Source: Bacteroidales bacterium (lineage in GTDB: Bacteria; Bacteroidota; Bacteroidia; Bacteroidales; DTGW01). From it: DNA of 64,000 nt. The position numbers were made by a program, and so were the translations under genes. The DNA is taken from assembly GCA_035374585.1 (NCBI GenBank), contig DAOSPF010000006.1, positions 5,408-69,407 of the forward strand, read 5' to 3'. Of the stretch, positions 17,379 to 26,955 are shown piece by piece. Below the pieces are notes generated by a model. It did not search any database, was not told the origin of the DNA, and was given only the letters and a program-made list of their open reading frames with translations. Positions within the stretch are counted from its first letter, which is position 1; each line of letters opens with the position of its first letter.

Positions 17379-17714
17379 TTATATTTTCAAATTAAAAAAT
17401 TGTATCATTGTTTTTTTTGCTTCTTCCCAATTTTCGCGGTTTATACAATACTTGATATACGGAGGGTTTATTTCACCCTGTATCAATCCTGCTTTTTTTA
17501 GTTCGGCCAAATGCTCTGATAAGGTAGAGCGGGCAATGGGCAATTCTTCGGCCATGTCGCCACTGTAACAGCATTTATCTATATTGTTGGCCAGGTAATC
17601 GAGGATAAAAACCCTTACCGGGTGCGAAAGCGCTTTGGCAAACCGGGCAACCTTCTCTTGTGAATCGGTGTAATATTTTTCTTTTTCTGACATTGTTAGA
17701 AATATGTTTCGCAA
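17379..17714 (-). CDS. ArsR/SmtB-family transcriptional regulator
   Basis: 111 aa. FAKALSHPVRVFILDYL...CCYSGDMAEELPIARSTLSEHLAELKKAGLI, a wHTH with a metal or metalloid Cys pair. Confidence 0.9.
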   Translation of the reverse strand: MRNIFLTMSEKEKYYTDSQEKVARFAKALSHPVRVFILDYLANNIDKCCYSGDMAEELPIARSTLSEHLAELKKAGLIQGEINPPYIKYCINRENWEEAKKTMIQFFNLKI

Positions 17715-17776
17715 ATATACGAAATATATTTCGGAAATTTGCGAAATGGATTAAAAATTTTTATTATTTTGATGAA

Positions 17777-20074
17777 TTATATTGTTTTAAACCCCAGTGC
17801 ATCCATCAACTTTTCGTTCAGCTTGCGGTTCTTACCTTTATAAGGATGGCAATGGATGTGGATGGCGGGGTTGAAGTTTAGCTCTAAGATGGCGTAATTG
17901 TCTGGCCTGGCTTCCTGATAGTAATCTTTTATCATCATATCCAGCCCGGTAATCTTGACATTGAGTGCAGATGCAGCTTTTATGGCTATTTGCTTGTACG
18001 AATCCGGGATTTCGTCTGTAAAATCAATGCTATCGCCGCCAGTGCTAATGTTTGAGTTCTCGCGTAGGTAAACAACTTCTCCGTTTGCCGGAACGTCATC
18101 AAAAGTCTTATGTTGCGACTTCAGAAACATGGCTTCGGCCTCGCCCAGTTGGATTTTTTCAAGCGGGGTGCGGTATCCTTTACCACGCAAAAGGTCTTGG
18201 TTTTTTATTTCTACCAGTTCGCGAATGGTCTTGTTTCCATCGCCAACCACATTGGCCGGGACACGGTGCAGAATGCCTGCCACCTCGTTGTTGATGACAA
18301 ATATCCTGTATTCCTTGCCTTCAATAAATTCTTCGATAAGAATGGAGGTGTCGTGCTCAAAAGCAATGTCCACGGCCCTGAAAAAGGTTGTTTCATCGGT
18401 GTTTTCTTTGAGAATAGTGATGCCTATGCCGAAATTGGTCTGGTTGGGCTTAATAACAACAGCTTTGCCCTTGAATAAGGCGAAATCTGTTTTTGCAGCT
18501 TCAGCATTGGTATATTCATAGCCCTCAGGGACGCGGATGCCGGCTTCCCTGACAATCTTTTTGGTCACTTGCTTGTTTTCCATGGCCAGGATGCTGGCGT
18601 AGTTGTCTAACGAAGTTTTGGTGGCTTGTTTTACGTATTGGATATTCCCGTTTTGTTTTAACCTCACGAAATTCTCTTTTCTGTCTAAAATATCAAATAA
18701 AATGCCCCGTTTTACAGCTTCACGCAAAAGCAACTGTGTTGAAAGCTCCATGTCTTCCAGCCCGATAAAGTTGTAGCTCTTCTGTTGGCTGGCATTTAAA
18801 TAGCTTTTAGCTTTTTCTAAATGAAAAGGTACATATCCTTTTTGCAATATACCATCGAGGACTTCATAAACTTTTCTTTTCTTGGGGTTTTTAATTAGTT
18901 TGTTTGCTACATCAATTGATTTTATTATACTTTCATTATTTACCATCAGGTCTTGAAGTAAATTAGCCATGTGCTGAATATGCTTTTTGGCTTTTGCCCA
19001 TACATCTGCTTCTTCCTGATTTGCATGCGGGTTTGGGATTAAGCCGTAAAGCGATACATAGCCATGATATTGGTTGGCATGCGACTGTGCTGTTGCATCA
19101 AACGAATCGGGTTCTTCTGAAAGCAGCCCATAAATGGCCATAGCATGAAGGAAGTGTAAAGCTTCTTCGCTTATACCGGCTTTTGTCAACGGGTCAATGT
19201 CGATAAACCGCAATTCTACATAAGTTATATGCTTAGGGTCTTTGATAAACTTTGGCCGAATGGACGAATAAAGCTCTTTGGTGGAGGCTAACTTTCCATC
19301 TTTGACCATTTGCTCAATGCTTTGTTGGAAATTCTGTACCGAGCTGTAGTCGGGGTATAGCTCGCCAATGTTTTGGTAACCATAGCAACTATTGCGGATA
19401 GAAAGGCCTATTACGTGTTTGTCAATAGTAAAAGGCGATTGCTTGCATTTAAGTTCCATCGAAGGGTCAACTACCGGGCTGTTGCCATAAAGCAACACAT
19501 ACAGCCATCGCAGTCTGAGCATTTGTCGGGTAACTTTCAAATACGCTTCATCTTTGAACTCTTCAAAAGTCATAACTGAGTTGCTCTTGTGATATAGCAT
19601 TTCCATCAGCTTTTCGCCAAATGACAGGTTGAAATGGATGCCTGAAAATAGCTGGTTTTTGGGGCCGTATTTGTTGGCCAAAAATTCGCGGTATTGTTCG
19701 GCTTCTTTTCCTTCATCGTCAAAACGGGCTATAGGAATAAGGGTTTCGTCTGGTAAAACTGGCGGGATGCTCTGAGGCCAAAGGTATTCATCTTCCAGCT
19801 CAAGGCTGACTATGTCGTGAATGGTTTCCAGGAACCCAACCGTCTCTTTGATAGTTGGCAGGGGCGGGGTAATCATTTCTACCTGGCTTTCGGAAAAATC
19901 TGTAGTGACGTATGCATGTTTACGCTTGTTGCCAAATGTTTTGGGGTGAGGTGTAAGCGAAAGGTTGCCGTTTTTGTCCACACGGATGTTTTCTTTTTCA
20001 AGGCCAAACAAGCCTTCTGTCCAGATATTACCTTTGATCTGGCTTACTAACGGGGTGAAAATATCGTTGTTCAT
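17777..20074 (-). CDS. gshF: bifunctional glutamate--cysteine ligase / glutathione synthetase (GshF/GshAB)
   Basis: N-terminal GCL domain (GLFGLEKENIRV...) and C-terminal ATP-grasp domain. I prefer the start at MNNDIF (20074). An alternative ATG at 20191 overlaps the MATE stop by 4 nt (ATGA). Confidence 0.88.
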   Translation of the reverse strand: MNNDIFTPLVSQIKGNIWTEGLFGLEKENIRVDKNGNLSLTPHPKTFGNKRKHAYVTTDFSESQVEMITPPLPTIKETVGFLETIHDIVSLELEDEYLWPQSIPPVLPDETLIPIARFDDEGKEAEQYREFLANKYGPKNQLFSGIHFNLSFGEKLMEMLYHKSNSVMTFEEFKDEAYLKVTRQMLRLRWLYVLLYGNSPVVDPSMELKCKQSPFTIDKHVIGLSIRNSCYGYQNIGELYPDYSSVQNFQQSIEQMVKDGKLASTKELYSSIRPKFIKDPKHITYVELRFIDIDPLTKAGISEEALHFLHAMAIYGLLSEEPDSFDATAQSHANQYHGYVSLYGLIPNPHANQEEADVWAKAKKHIQHMANLLQDLMVNNESIIKSIDVANKLIKNPKKRKVYEVLDGILQKGYVPFHLEKAKSYLNASQQKSYNFIGLEDMELSTQLLLREAVKRGILFDILDRKENFVRLKQNGNIQYVKQATKTSLDNYASILAMENKQVTKKIVREAGIRVPEGYEYTNAEAAKTDFALFKGKAVVIKPNQTNFGIGITILKENTDETTFFRAVDIAFEHDTSILIEEFIEGKEYRIFVINNEVAGILHRVPANVVGDGNKTIRELVEIKNQDLLRGKGYRTPLEKIQLGEAEAMFLKSQHKTFDDVPANGEVVYLRENSNISTGGDSIDFTDEIPDSYKQIAIKAASALNVKITGLDMMIKDYYQEARPDNYAILELNFNPAIHIHCHPYKGKNRKLNEKLMDALGFKTI

Positions 20075-20187
20075 AGCGGTTGATTTTTTAATTGAAGCTT
20101 GAAATTTTGATGAGTTGGAGGTTTTGCAGCATTTGTCTATTAAAGCTGGTTTTTCCTTCAATTTTTTATTTATTAAACATGCTGTAC

Positions 20188-21552
20188 TCATGATTTTACG
20201 GATTGGGTGTTTTTAATAAATATCTTAAAAAGAATAACATACAACAGTACAAGCAGTGAGCCTTTGGCAATGCTGCTGATGCTGATACTCCACCATACTG
20301 AGGATAAGGAGTTTTCCCAGAAATGGATAAAAGCAATGGCCATAGGAATTCTCAACACGGTAAGTGTAATCCCTGTAATGGCAGGTATATTGGTGCGCCC
20401 CCAACCAAAGAACGCCCCGGTAGCCATCAGTTCCATGCACATAAATAGCTGCGAAACACCTAAAATAAGCAGGTATTCGCGCCCCATGGCAACACTTTCC
20501 TTTTCATGAAGGAAAATAGAAAACAAGGAGCTTGGAAATGCAATCAAAATGGCAGTTGTAATAATACCAATGATGAAAGCAAGCACCATCCCTGACCGAA
20601 ACGTTTCCCATTGCTGCTGGTAATTTTTGGCACCGTATGCTTTACCGGACAACGAGGATAAGGCCGACATGAACCCGATAATGGTCATGTACGAAATGGC
20701 TTCAATCTGAATCCCTACTTTTTGAACAGCAATGGCGTTTGCTCCCCAGTTGCTGATGATACGGGCCATGGCAATAGCAACAATGGTAAAGGATACACGC
20801 TGTATGGTAGGGCTGATGCCTAACCCGATGATGTTTTTCAGGAGGACTTTACGGAATGTTACGCCTTTAGGCCTTAGCATTTCATTTTTATACAATTTAT
20901 TGTAAAAAACTATTGTAGCAACAGCCTGCGAAAGGATAGTGGCCACAGCAGCGCCATAAATGCCCCATCCTGCAAGGAAAATAAGCAAAGGGTCTAAGGC
21001 TATATTGATGCCAAAAGCCAGGGCGTTTATCCTAAAAGGGGTTTTACTATCGCCTGAGCCGATAAAAACATTGGTAAAAAACAGGTTTTGAAAGGTGAAC
21101 GGAATGCTCAAGCCTGTCAACATCAAATAATTGGTGGTGGCCTGTTCTATCTCAGGGTCATTCAGGCGGATAATGCCAACCAGGAAGCTTTTTGTTGCCA
21201 GCAATACCAGATAGTAAAGGACTGCTACAATCAATGTTGCTACAATGCCACTTTTTACATAGCTTTTGGCCAAAAGATTGTTTTTCTGCCCGATGCTGTG
21301 CGATACTTTTATTCCTGCCCCTACAGTCAGCAATGAAGATAAGCCCCAGCCAAGGTTCATATAAAATCCTGCTGAACCAACTGCTGCAACAGCGCTACTT
21401 CCAAGCTGCCCTACAAAAATGATATTGACGAAATGGTAGGCCATAGACATGAACGACGTGGCAATAACTGGCAATGCCAGGCATATCAGCTGTTTCATTG
21501 TTGAACTTGCTTGACATTTATTCAGAATGCCCGAAAAATGGAGGTATTTCAT
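20188..21552 (-). CDS. MATE-family efflux transporter
   Basis: 454 aa, 12 TM. The N-terminus LALPVIATSFMSMAYHFVNIIFVGQLG is typical of MATE. Confidence 0.9.
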   Translation of the reverse strand: MKYLHFSGILNKCQASSTMKQLICLALPVIATSFMSMAYHFVNIIFVGQLGSSAVAAVGSAGFYMNLGWGLSSLLTVGAGIKVSHSIGQKNNLLAKSYVKSGIVATLIVAVLYYLVLLATKSFLVGIIRLNDPEIEQATTNYLMLTGLSIPFTFQNLFFTNVFIGSGDSKTPFRINALAFGINIALDPLLIFLAGWGIYGAAVATILSQAVATIVFYNKLYKNEMLRPKGVTFRKVLLKNIIGLGISPTIQRVSFTIVAIAMARIISNWGANAIAVQKVGIQIEAISYMTIIGFMSALSSLSGKAYGAKNYQQQWETFRSGMVLAFIIGIITTAILIAFPSSLFSIFLHEKESVAMGREYLLILGVSQLFMCMELMATGAFFGWGRTNIPAITGITLTVLRIPMAIAFIHFWENSLSSVWWSISISSIAKGSLLVLLYVILFKIFIKNTQSVKS

Positions 21553-21564
21553 GCTTTGCAGTCT

Positions 21565-21620
21565 TTCCCCTCCTTTATAAGGAGAGCTTGTCCCTTCTCA
21601 GGCGGGAGGTTGGGGTGGTT
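21565..21620 (+). repeat. CCCCTCCTTTATAAGGAG hairpin plus GG(A)GGTTGGGGTGGTT tail element, copy 1 (interrupted)
   Basis: TTTCCCCTCCTTTATAAGGAGAG...GGCGGGAGGTTGGGGTGGTT, lying between the MATE start and the cysK stop. Confidence 0.6.
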
Positions 21621-21627
21621 AAGAATC

Positions 21628-22527
21628 TTAATTTTCCTTGAATAAACCTGTACTTAAATACTTTTCACCGCTATCCGGGAAGATGACGACAATATTGCCC
21701 GAATCAATTTTCCTGGCTACTTCCAGCGCGGCATACATGGCTGCTCCACTACTCATGCCTACAAAAATCCCTTCTTTTCTGATAATTTGACGTGCCATAT
21801 CATAAGCTGCTTCTGTTTCTACCATAATGGTTTCGTCAATCTGCGAAGGATCGTATATAGCAGGTACAATGGCTTCTTCCATATTTTTCAAACCTTGTAT
21901 ATAATGGCCTTTTACGGGGTGCGCACATACAATCTTAATATTGGGGTTGTTTTCTTTCAAAGCAAGGCCTACACCCATGATAGTACCTGAAGTTCCAAGG
22001 GCAGAAACAAAATGCGTGATTTTGCCATTGGTTTGTTTCCATATTTCTTCGCCGGTAGTCTTGTAGTGGGCTATTTTGTTGTAGCTGTTTGAAAACTGGT
22101 CGGGCATAAAGTATTTCTCAGGATGGGCCTTGACCAGCTCTTTGGCTTTAATGATGGCACCGTCTGTACCGAGTTTCTCATCTGTCAGGGTTACCTTTGC
22201 CCCGAAAGCCTTAATCATTTTGACCCTCTCAATGGATACACCTTTGCTTATCACTATTTCCACGTCATAGCCTTTCATTCGGCCTATCATGGCCAATCCT
22301 ATGCCTGTATTGCCCGAAGTAGGTTCAATGATGGTTTTTCCCTTTACCAACGAACCTTCTGCTTCGGCTTGTTCAATCATTTTGAGGGCTATTCGGTCTT
22401 TGATGCTTCCAGACGGGTTAAAACCTTCTATTTTGGCGCTGATCGAAATATTTTCGTATGGGTTTAGTTTGTTAATCCTTACAAGTGGCGTATTGCCTAT
22501 TGTTTCTAATATGTTTTCGTAAATCAT
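21628..22527 (-). CDS. cysK: cysteine synthase (O-acetylserine sulfhydrylase)
   Basis: I place the start at MIYENILETIGNTPLVRINKL. It has the PLP lysine block NPSGSIKDR and TSGNTG. Confidence 0.92.
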   Translation of the reverse strand: MIYENILETIGNTPLVRINKLNPYENISISAKIEGFNPSGSIKDRIALKMIEQAEAEGSLVKGKTIIEPTSGNTGIGLAMIGRMKGYDVEIVISKGVSIERVKMIKAFGAKVTLTDEKLGTDGAIIKAKELVKAHPEKYFMPDQFSNSYNKIAHYKTTGEEIWKQTNGKITHFVSALGTSGTIMGVGLALKENNPNIKIVCAHPVKGHYIQGLKNMEEAIVPAIYDPSQIDETIMVETEAAYDMARQIIRKEGIFVGMSSGAAMYAALEVARKIDSGNIVVIFPDSGEKYLSTGLFKEN

Positions 22528-22537
22528 GTTTTTAATT

Positions 22538-23005
22538 TTAATCATTAATAGGGCAACAGCCTGTTGACCTGAGTTTAACCATCTGACTGGTAATCTTTTC
22601 AAATAACCTGATTAGTTCATCCTTTTCCTGGTCGGATAATACCGACAGCGTTTTTTCAATATACTTGTCATTGTTGCCATTGATGGTATGGCAAACGTCA
22701 ATGCCGGCTTGTGTAAGCTGCAAAATTGAAGTACGTCTGTCTTCTGCGGGAATAGTGCGCTGTATAAGCCCTATGTTGACCAGCCCGTCAACTGTACGGC
22801 TAATAGTACTTTTGTCAAGTCCAAGATTATTGGCTAATTCAGTCAATGTTTCTTTTTCTTTGCTTTCTATTTCAAGCAAAGTATGGCATTGAGCCAGGGT
22901 CACATTGCTACAACAACATTCATTCGTCTGCACAAAAATCTCCCGTTCAAACCTTCTGAGCAGTTCCCTGAATTTTTTAATGGTTTGATTTTCTGTATTT
23001 TTCAT
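22538..23005 (-). CDS. MarR-family transcriptional regulator
   Basis: 155 aa. wHTH LTELANNLGLDKSTISRTVDGLVNIGLIQR. Cys-rich ends (NECCCSN ... TGCCPIND). Confidence 0.85.
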   Translation of the reverse strand: MKNTENQTIKKFRELLRRFEREIFVQTNECCCSNVTLAQCHTLLEIESKEKETLTELANNLGLDKSTISRTVDGLVNIGLIQRTIPAEDRRTSILQLTQAGIDVCHTINGNNDKYIEKTLSVLSDQEKDELIRLFEKITSQMVKLRSTGCCPIND

Positions 23006-23144
23006 TTTACAAAGTTGTAATTTAAAACTGTTGCAAGTTACAACTATAATTTTTGTTGAAAAGCTTTTTTATTTTTTTAACAAAAAAATACACTAACTTT
23101 ACTTGTTATTAAAAGAGAATAATTCTTATCTAATAGTTAGTATT

Positions 23145-23567
23145 ATGAAATTAAATAGTATTAGTAGTGCGTTGAATGAAAAAGGGTTAAAAGTTACTCC
23201 GCAAAGAATTGCCATACTTGAGGCTGTTTTTAAACTGTGTAATCATCCTACGGCAGAACAGGTGCTGGATTACATCAGGAAAAAGAATCCCAATATCTCG
23301 CTGGCCACTGTGTATAAGGTGTTGGATGCTTTTGTTGAAAATGGTTTGGTAAAGACTGTAAAAACTGATAAGGACATTAAGCGTTATGATGCCTGTGTTG
23401 AAAAGCACCATCATATCTATTATTCTGAATCAGATATCATTGAAGATTACATGGATGCTGAGCTAAATGATTTGCTTGAAAAATATTTTGAGAGGAAACA
23501 AATAACTGGTTTTAAGATTGAAGAAATAAAATTGCAAATAGTTGGAAAATCAACATCTAAATATTGA
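23145..23567 (+). CDS. Fur-family metalloregulator (Fur/PerR-like)
   Basis: Start at MKLNSISSALNEKGLKVTPQRIAILEAV. It has HPTAEQV and the HHH block. Confidence 0.87.
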   Translation: MKLNSISSALNEKGLKVTPQRIAILEAVFKLCNHPTAEQVLDYIRKKNPNISLATVYKVLDAFVENGLVKTVKTDKDIKRYDACVEKHHHIYYSESDIIEDYMDAELNDLLEKYFERKQITGFKIEEIKLQIVGKSTSKY

Positions 23568-23953
23568 AAATGAACGTGTTTCGATTTGTACTAATAGTGT
23601 TAGGGACATTGTCGCTGGCGTTGGGGATAATAGGGATTTTTGTGCCGGGGTTACCTACAACTCCTTTTATTTTGCTTACTGCCGGGTTATACATGCGAAG
23701 CTCGGACTGGCTGTACAAGTGGGTGATAAACAACAGGTTTGTAGGGAGTTATGTTCAAAATTTTCAAAAAAGCAATAGTATTCCGCTTCAGACCAAGTTG
23801 TATTCAATAGCAATGATGTGGACAATGATAGGCATTTCAACGTTTTTTTTTATAGAAAGCCTATGGGGAAAAGGATTAGTGGTATTGGCAGGTGTGGTTG
23901 GAACTGTAGTAGTGGGTATTGTTATTAAAACGAGGAAACATAGTAATTTGTAG
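23564..23953 (+). CDS. DUF454/YbaN-family inner-membrane protein
   Basis: LGIIGIFVPGLPTTPFILLTAG motif. It overlaps the fur stop by 4 nt. Confidence 0.75.
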   Translation: MKMNVFRFVLIVLGTLSLALGIIGIFVPGLPTTPFILLTAGLYMRSSDWLYKWVINNRFVGSYVQNFQKSNSIPLQTKLYSIAMMWTMIGISTFFFIESLWGKGLVVLAGVVGTVVVGIVIKTRKHSNL

Positions 23954-24083
23954 GGTTTTAATATTTGTTATAATATTTCTGACACAGTTATATGCAACTT
24001 ATTGTAAATGATTTATTTGATTCTTGGTTCTTGGTTCTTACGTTTTATATATTTAGATGTTTAACCAAAAAATAATTGAGATT

Positions 24084-24599
24084 ATGAAAATTAGTAAAAA
24101 AATAGAAGAAGTGCTGAATAAGCAGGTAAATGCCGAGCTTTGGTCAGCTTATATGTACTTGTCGATGTCGGCTTGGGCTGAGAATAAGGGGTTTAAAGGT
24201 TTTGCCAACTGGATGCGTGTCCAGTTTCACGAAGAAACCTCTCATGCCCTGAAAATACTGGATTTCATTCTTACCCGCTCGGGCGAGGTTAAGCTTGAGC
24301 CTATTGCAGCTGTTAAAACCTCATGGGACAGCCTTCTGAGTATGATGGAAGAAACATATGAGCACGAGTGCAAGGTTACAAGCCTTATTAACCAATGTTA
24401 TGAAGTGGCTTTGGCCGAAAAAGACTATGCTACAGCAACAATGCTGCAATGGTTCATTGAAGAACAAATTGAAGAGGAAGCCAATGCCCTCGAAATTATT
24501 GATGTGCTGAAAATCACTGGTGAAAAGAGCGGTGGCGTTTTTTACCTCGACAAAAAATTGGGGCACCGTACATTTTCTGATGATACCAAGAAAGAATAA
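24084..24599 (+). CDS. ftnA: non-heme ferritin
   Basis: Start at MKISKKIEEVLNKQVNAELWSAYMYLSMSAW. Ferroxidase ligands E..H and EE are present. Confidence 0.9.
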   Translation: MKISKKIEEVLNKQVNAELWSAYMYLSMSAWAENKGFKGFANWMRVQFHEETSHALKILDFILTRSGEVKLEPIAAVKTSWDSLLSMMEETYEHECKVTSLINQCYEVALAEKDYATATMLQWFIEEQIEEEANALEIIDVLKITGEKSGGVFYLDKKLGHRTFSDDTKKE

Positions 24600-24631
24600 C
24601 TTTTTCTTTCAATAACTTTTTTGAAAATCTT

Positions 24632-24675
24632 GAGGTTGGGTTCTTTATTTCAAAATAGAGCCCAACCTCTTTTTC
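24632..24675 (+). terminator. intrinsic terminator after ferritin
   Basis: GAGGTTGGG...CCCAACCTC stem followed by TTTTT. Confidence 0.7.
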
Positions 24676-24789
24676 TTTATACTTCCGCTCGTTTTTTTGG
24701 AAACGGCCTTTTTTAACTTTTTCTGCTAGCTCAAAAATTTCTTTGATGCTCTTAGTGTGAGAAAAACGAGCTACATGGTAGGGCGGGCT

Positions 24790-25932
24790 TTAGTATTTTA
24801 TTTCTAACCAATTTTCAAAATTATTGATATTAACTACTTCAAATGAAGAATCTGGATATGCGTTTTTCCATTGTGTCGGGATTTTAACCTTTGATTCCTT
24901 CCATTTTAATTCATATCCAAATAAAGTTCCATCACGTTCCTCTACCCAGTCTATTTCTTGTTGTTCATAAGTTCTCCAAAAGTAATTGTTTGAAGAGATT
25001 CTTTTATATTCTTGATATTTAATCCGTTCACTAATCATATAGTTTTCCCATAATTGACCAATATCGTTACGAGACTCTATTGGGTTGAAATTAGCAATTA
25101 CCGCATTCCTTATCCCATTATCAAGAAAATACCATCTTGAACTTTTAGTAATTTCTTTTCTAAGGTTTCTGCTAAATCCTTCTACTTTATGAAGAATATA
25201 AACCTTGCTCAATAAGTCAAGATATTTCTCAACTGTGTTTTTGCTAATTGATAATTGTTGGCCTAACTCTTGAAGAGACACCTCCTTGCCTAATTGAAAT
25301 GCAATCAAACGCAATAAATTGAATATTGTTTGAGAGTTTTTTATGTTTTCATAAACCAGAATATCCTTTAACAGATAGGAACTTACCATTTCATTTAAAT
25401 ATTCAATCTTATCTTTTTTGTCAGGCAAATGAAGGAGTTCTGGATAGTTTCCTAAAACTAATCTTTCCCTTAATTTATCCGTTTTTGATATACGATCTTC
25501 GATTTGGCTATATTCTCTTTCGGACAAAGCATATAAATTAAATGTATATTTACGACCAGTTAATGGTTCTCCAGCCTCTCGATTAATATCAAATGATGAT
25601 GAGCCAGATATTATTATTTTAAGTCCTTCAATTTCATCAATCATTAATTTAAGTTTCACACCAATATCAGGAATTTTTTGAGCTTCATCAATAAAAAGAA
25701 ATTTATACGACCCTAAAAGTTGCCTATAATTTTCTATCGTCCTTATTGCTAATTTATCATGGACATTAATATCTTCCCCATTTAATCTTAGGACTGGTTC
25801 ATTAACCTTTTCCAAAATCTTTTTTACGAGCATGGTTTTCCCTACACGTCTTGCTCCATATACTATTACAACCTTATTTGATTGAAGCTTATTTAATAAA
25901 TTTTCAGTTATCTCTCTGACTAAATAATTCAT
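24790..25932 (-). CDS. AAA-family ATPase with DUF4143-type C-terminus (COG1373-like)
   Basis: Walker A GARRVGKT, Walker B LFIDEAQ. The C-terminal part resembles DUF4143. The gene is visibly more AT-rich than its neighbours. Confidence 0.8.
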   Translation of the reverse strand: MNYLVREITENLLNKLQSNKVVIVYGARRVGKTMLVKKILEKVNEPVLRLNGEDINVHDKLAIRTIENYRQLLGSYKFLFIDEAQKIPDIGVKLKLMIDEIEGLKIIISGSSSFDINREAGEPLTGRKYTFNLYALSEREYSQIEDRISKTDKLRERLVLGNYPELLHLPDKKDKIEYLNEMVSSYLLKDILVYENIKNSQTIFNLLRLIAFQLGKEVSLQELGQQLSISKNTVEKYLDLLSKVYILHKVEGFSRNLRKEITKSSRWYFLDNGIRNAVIANFNPIESRNDIGQLWENYMISERIKYQEYKRISSNNYFWRTYEQQEIDWVEERDGTLFGYELKWKESKVKIPTQWKNAYPDSSFEVVNINNFENWLEIKY

Positions 25933-26229
25933 AATTCCGTCAATTTTGTGACGCAATTTAGTTTATTTCCGTCAAATATCCAAATTATGCAAAAAAATAT
26001 TAGAATCAAAAAAACAGCGATGCTGCAAATACTGCCACTCCTGTAAAGCAAAATGCAATTCACCTTTTTATACCTCGGTAATACTCGCTTTGATAACCAA
26101 CGGATGAAATAAGCTGATAATAAGTCCATCGAGATTTGTATTTTTTTTGAATAAGTGTTCTAACTCACTTTTGAGTTTATGGTTTCAACTTTTTCCTGAA
26201 AACTTTGTTTCAAGGCTAAAGCATAAATA

Positions 26230-26955
26230 ATGTCTTCTTCAAATTTGTATATCACTCAGGATACTGAGCTGTCTGATATTGTCAGGGCTTATCCCGGGTC
26301 AATGCTATTTCTTGAGCATTTTGACATTCATGTACCTTTTCAAACAAAGACGGTTGACAAAATATGTAGTGAACACAATATAAGCAGCGATTTGTTTATC
26401 GCTTTTGCTAATCTTTATCTGGGAAAGGATTCTTACCAAATTCCCAAGCTCAGATTTTCTGACCTTCCGGCTATCATCAGGTACTTACATAACAACCATA
26501 AATACTATTTGGACGAGATATATCCCAAAATACAGCAGTGTATAAAGTTAATTATGGGATTGAACGACCTGGATGAAAGCAAACTGGTGGAAAAATTTTT
26601 CCAGGATTATTTTAACGAAGTGAGAGAGCACCTTAACTATGAAAATAGTGTTGTATTTCCTTTTGTTACTGGTCTTTATGATGTTTTTATAAATAAAATC
26701 CCTTACAGGCAACGCAACGCTTATTCAGTAAGCGAATATAAAGATCATCACAGCGATATTGAAGAGAAGCTCGACGACCTGATGAGCCTGCTGATAAAGT
26801 ACCTGCCTCACAAAAATGACCAACAGGCAAGGCGCGAATTATTTCACCTGTTGGTTGAGTTAGATTACGATTTGAAGGTACATGCCCGCATCGAGGATTT
26901 GATATTGGTTCCTTTGGTTGAAAAACTGGAAAAACAACTGAATGCAAAGCCATGA
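26230..26955 (+). CDS. hemerythrin-like di-iron domain protein (ScdA/RIC-like architecture)
   Basis: 241 aa. H-x-x-x-E and H...ENSVVFP, DHHSDIEE, HARIEDL histidine/glutamate spacing resembles hemerythrin-like cation-binding domains. Confidence 0.55.
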   Translation: MSSSNLYITQDTELSDIVRAYPGSMLFLEHFDIHVPFQTKTVDKICSEHNISSDLFIAFANLYLGKDSYQIPKLRFSDLPAIIRYLHNNHKYYLDEIYPKIQQCIKLIMGLNDLDESKLVEKFFQDYFNEVREHLNYENSVVFPFVTGLYDVFINKIPYRQRNAYSVSEYKDHHSDIEEKLDDLMSLLIKYLPHKNDQQARRELFHLLVELDYDLKVHARIEDLILVPLVEKLEKQLNAKP

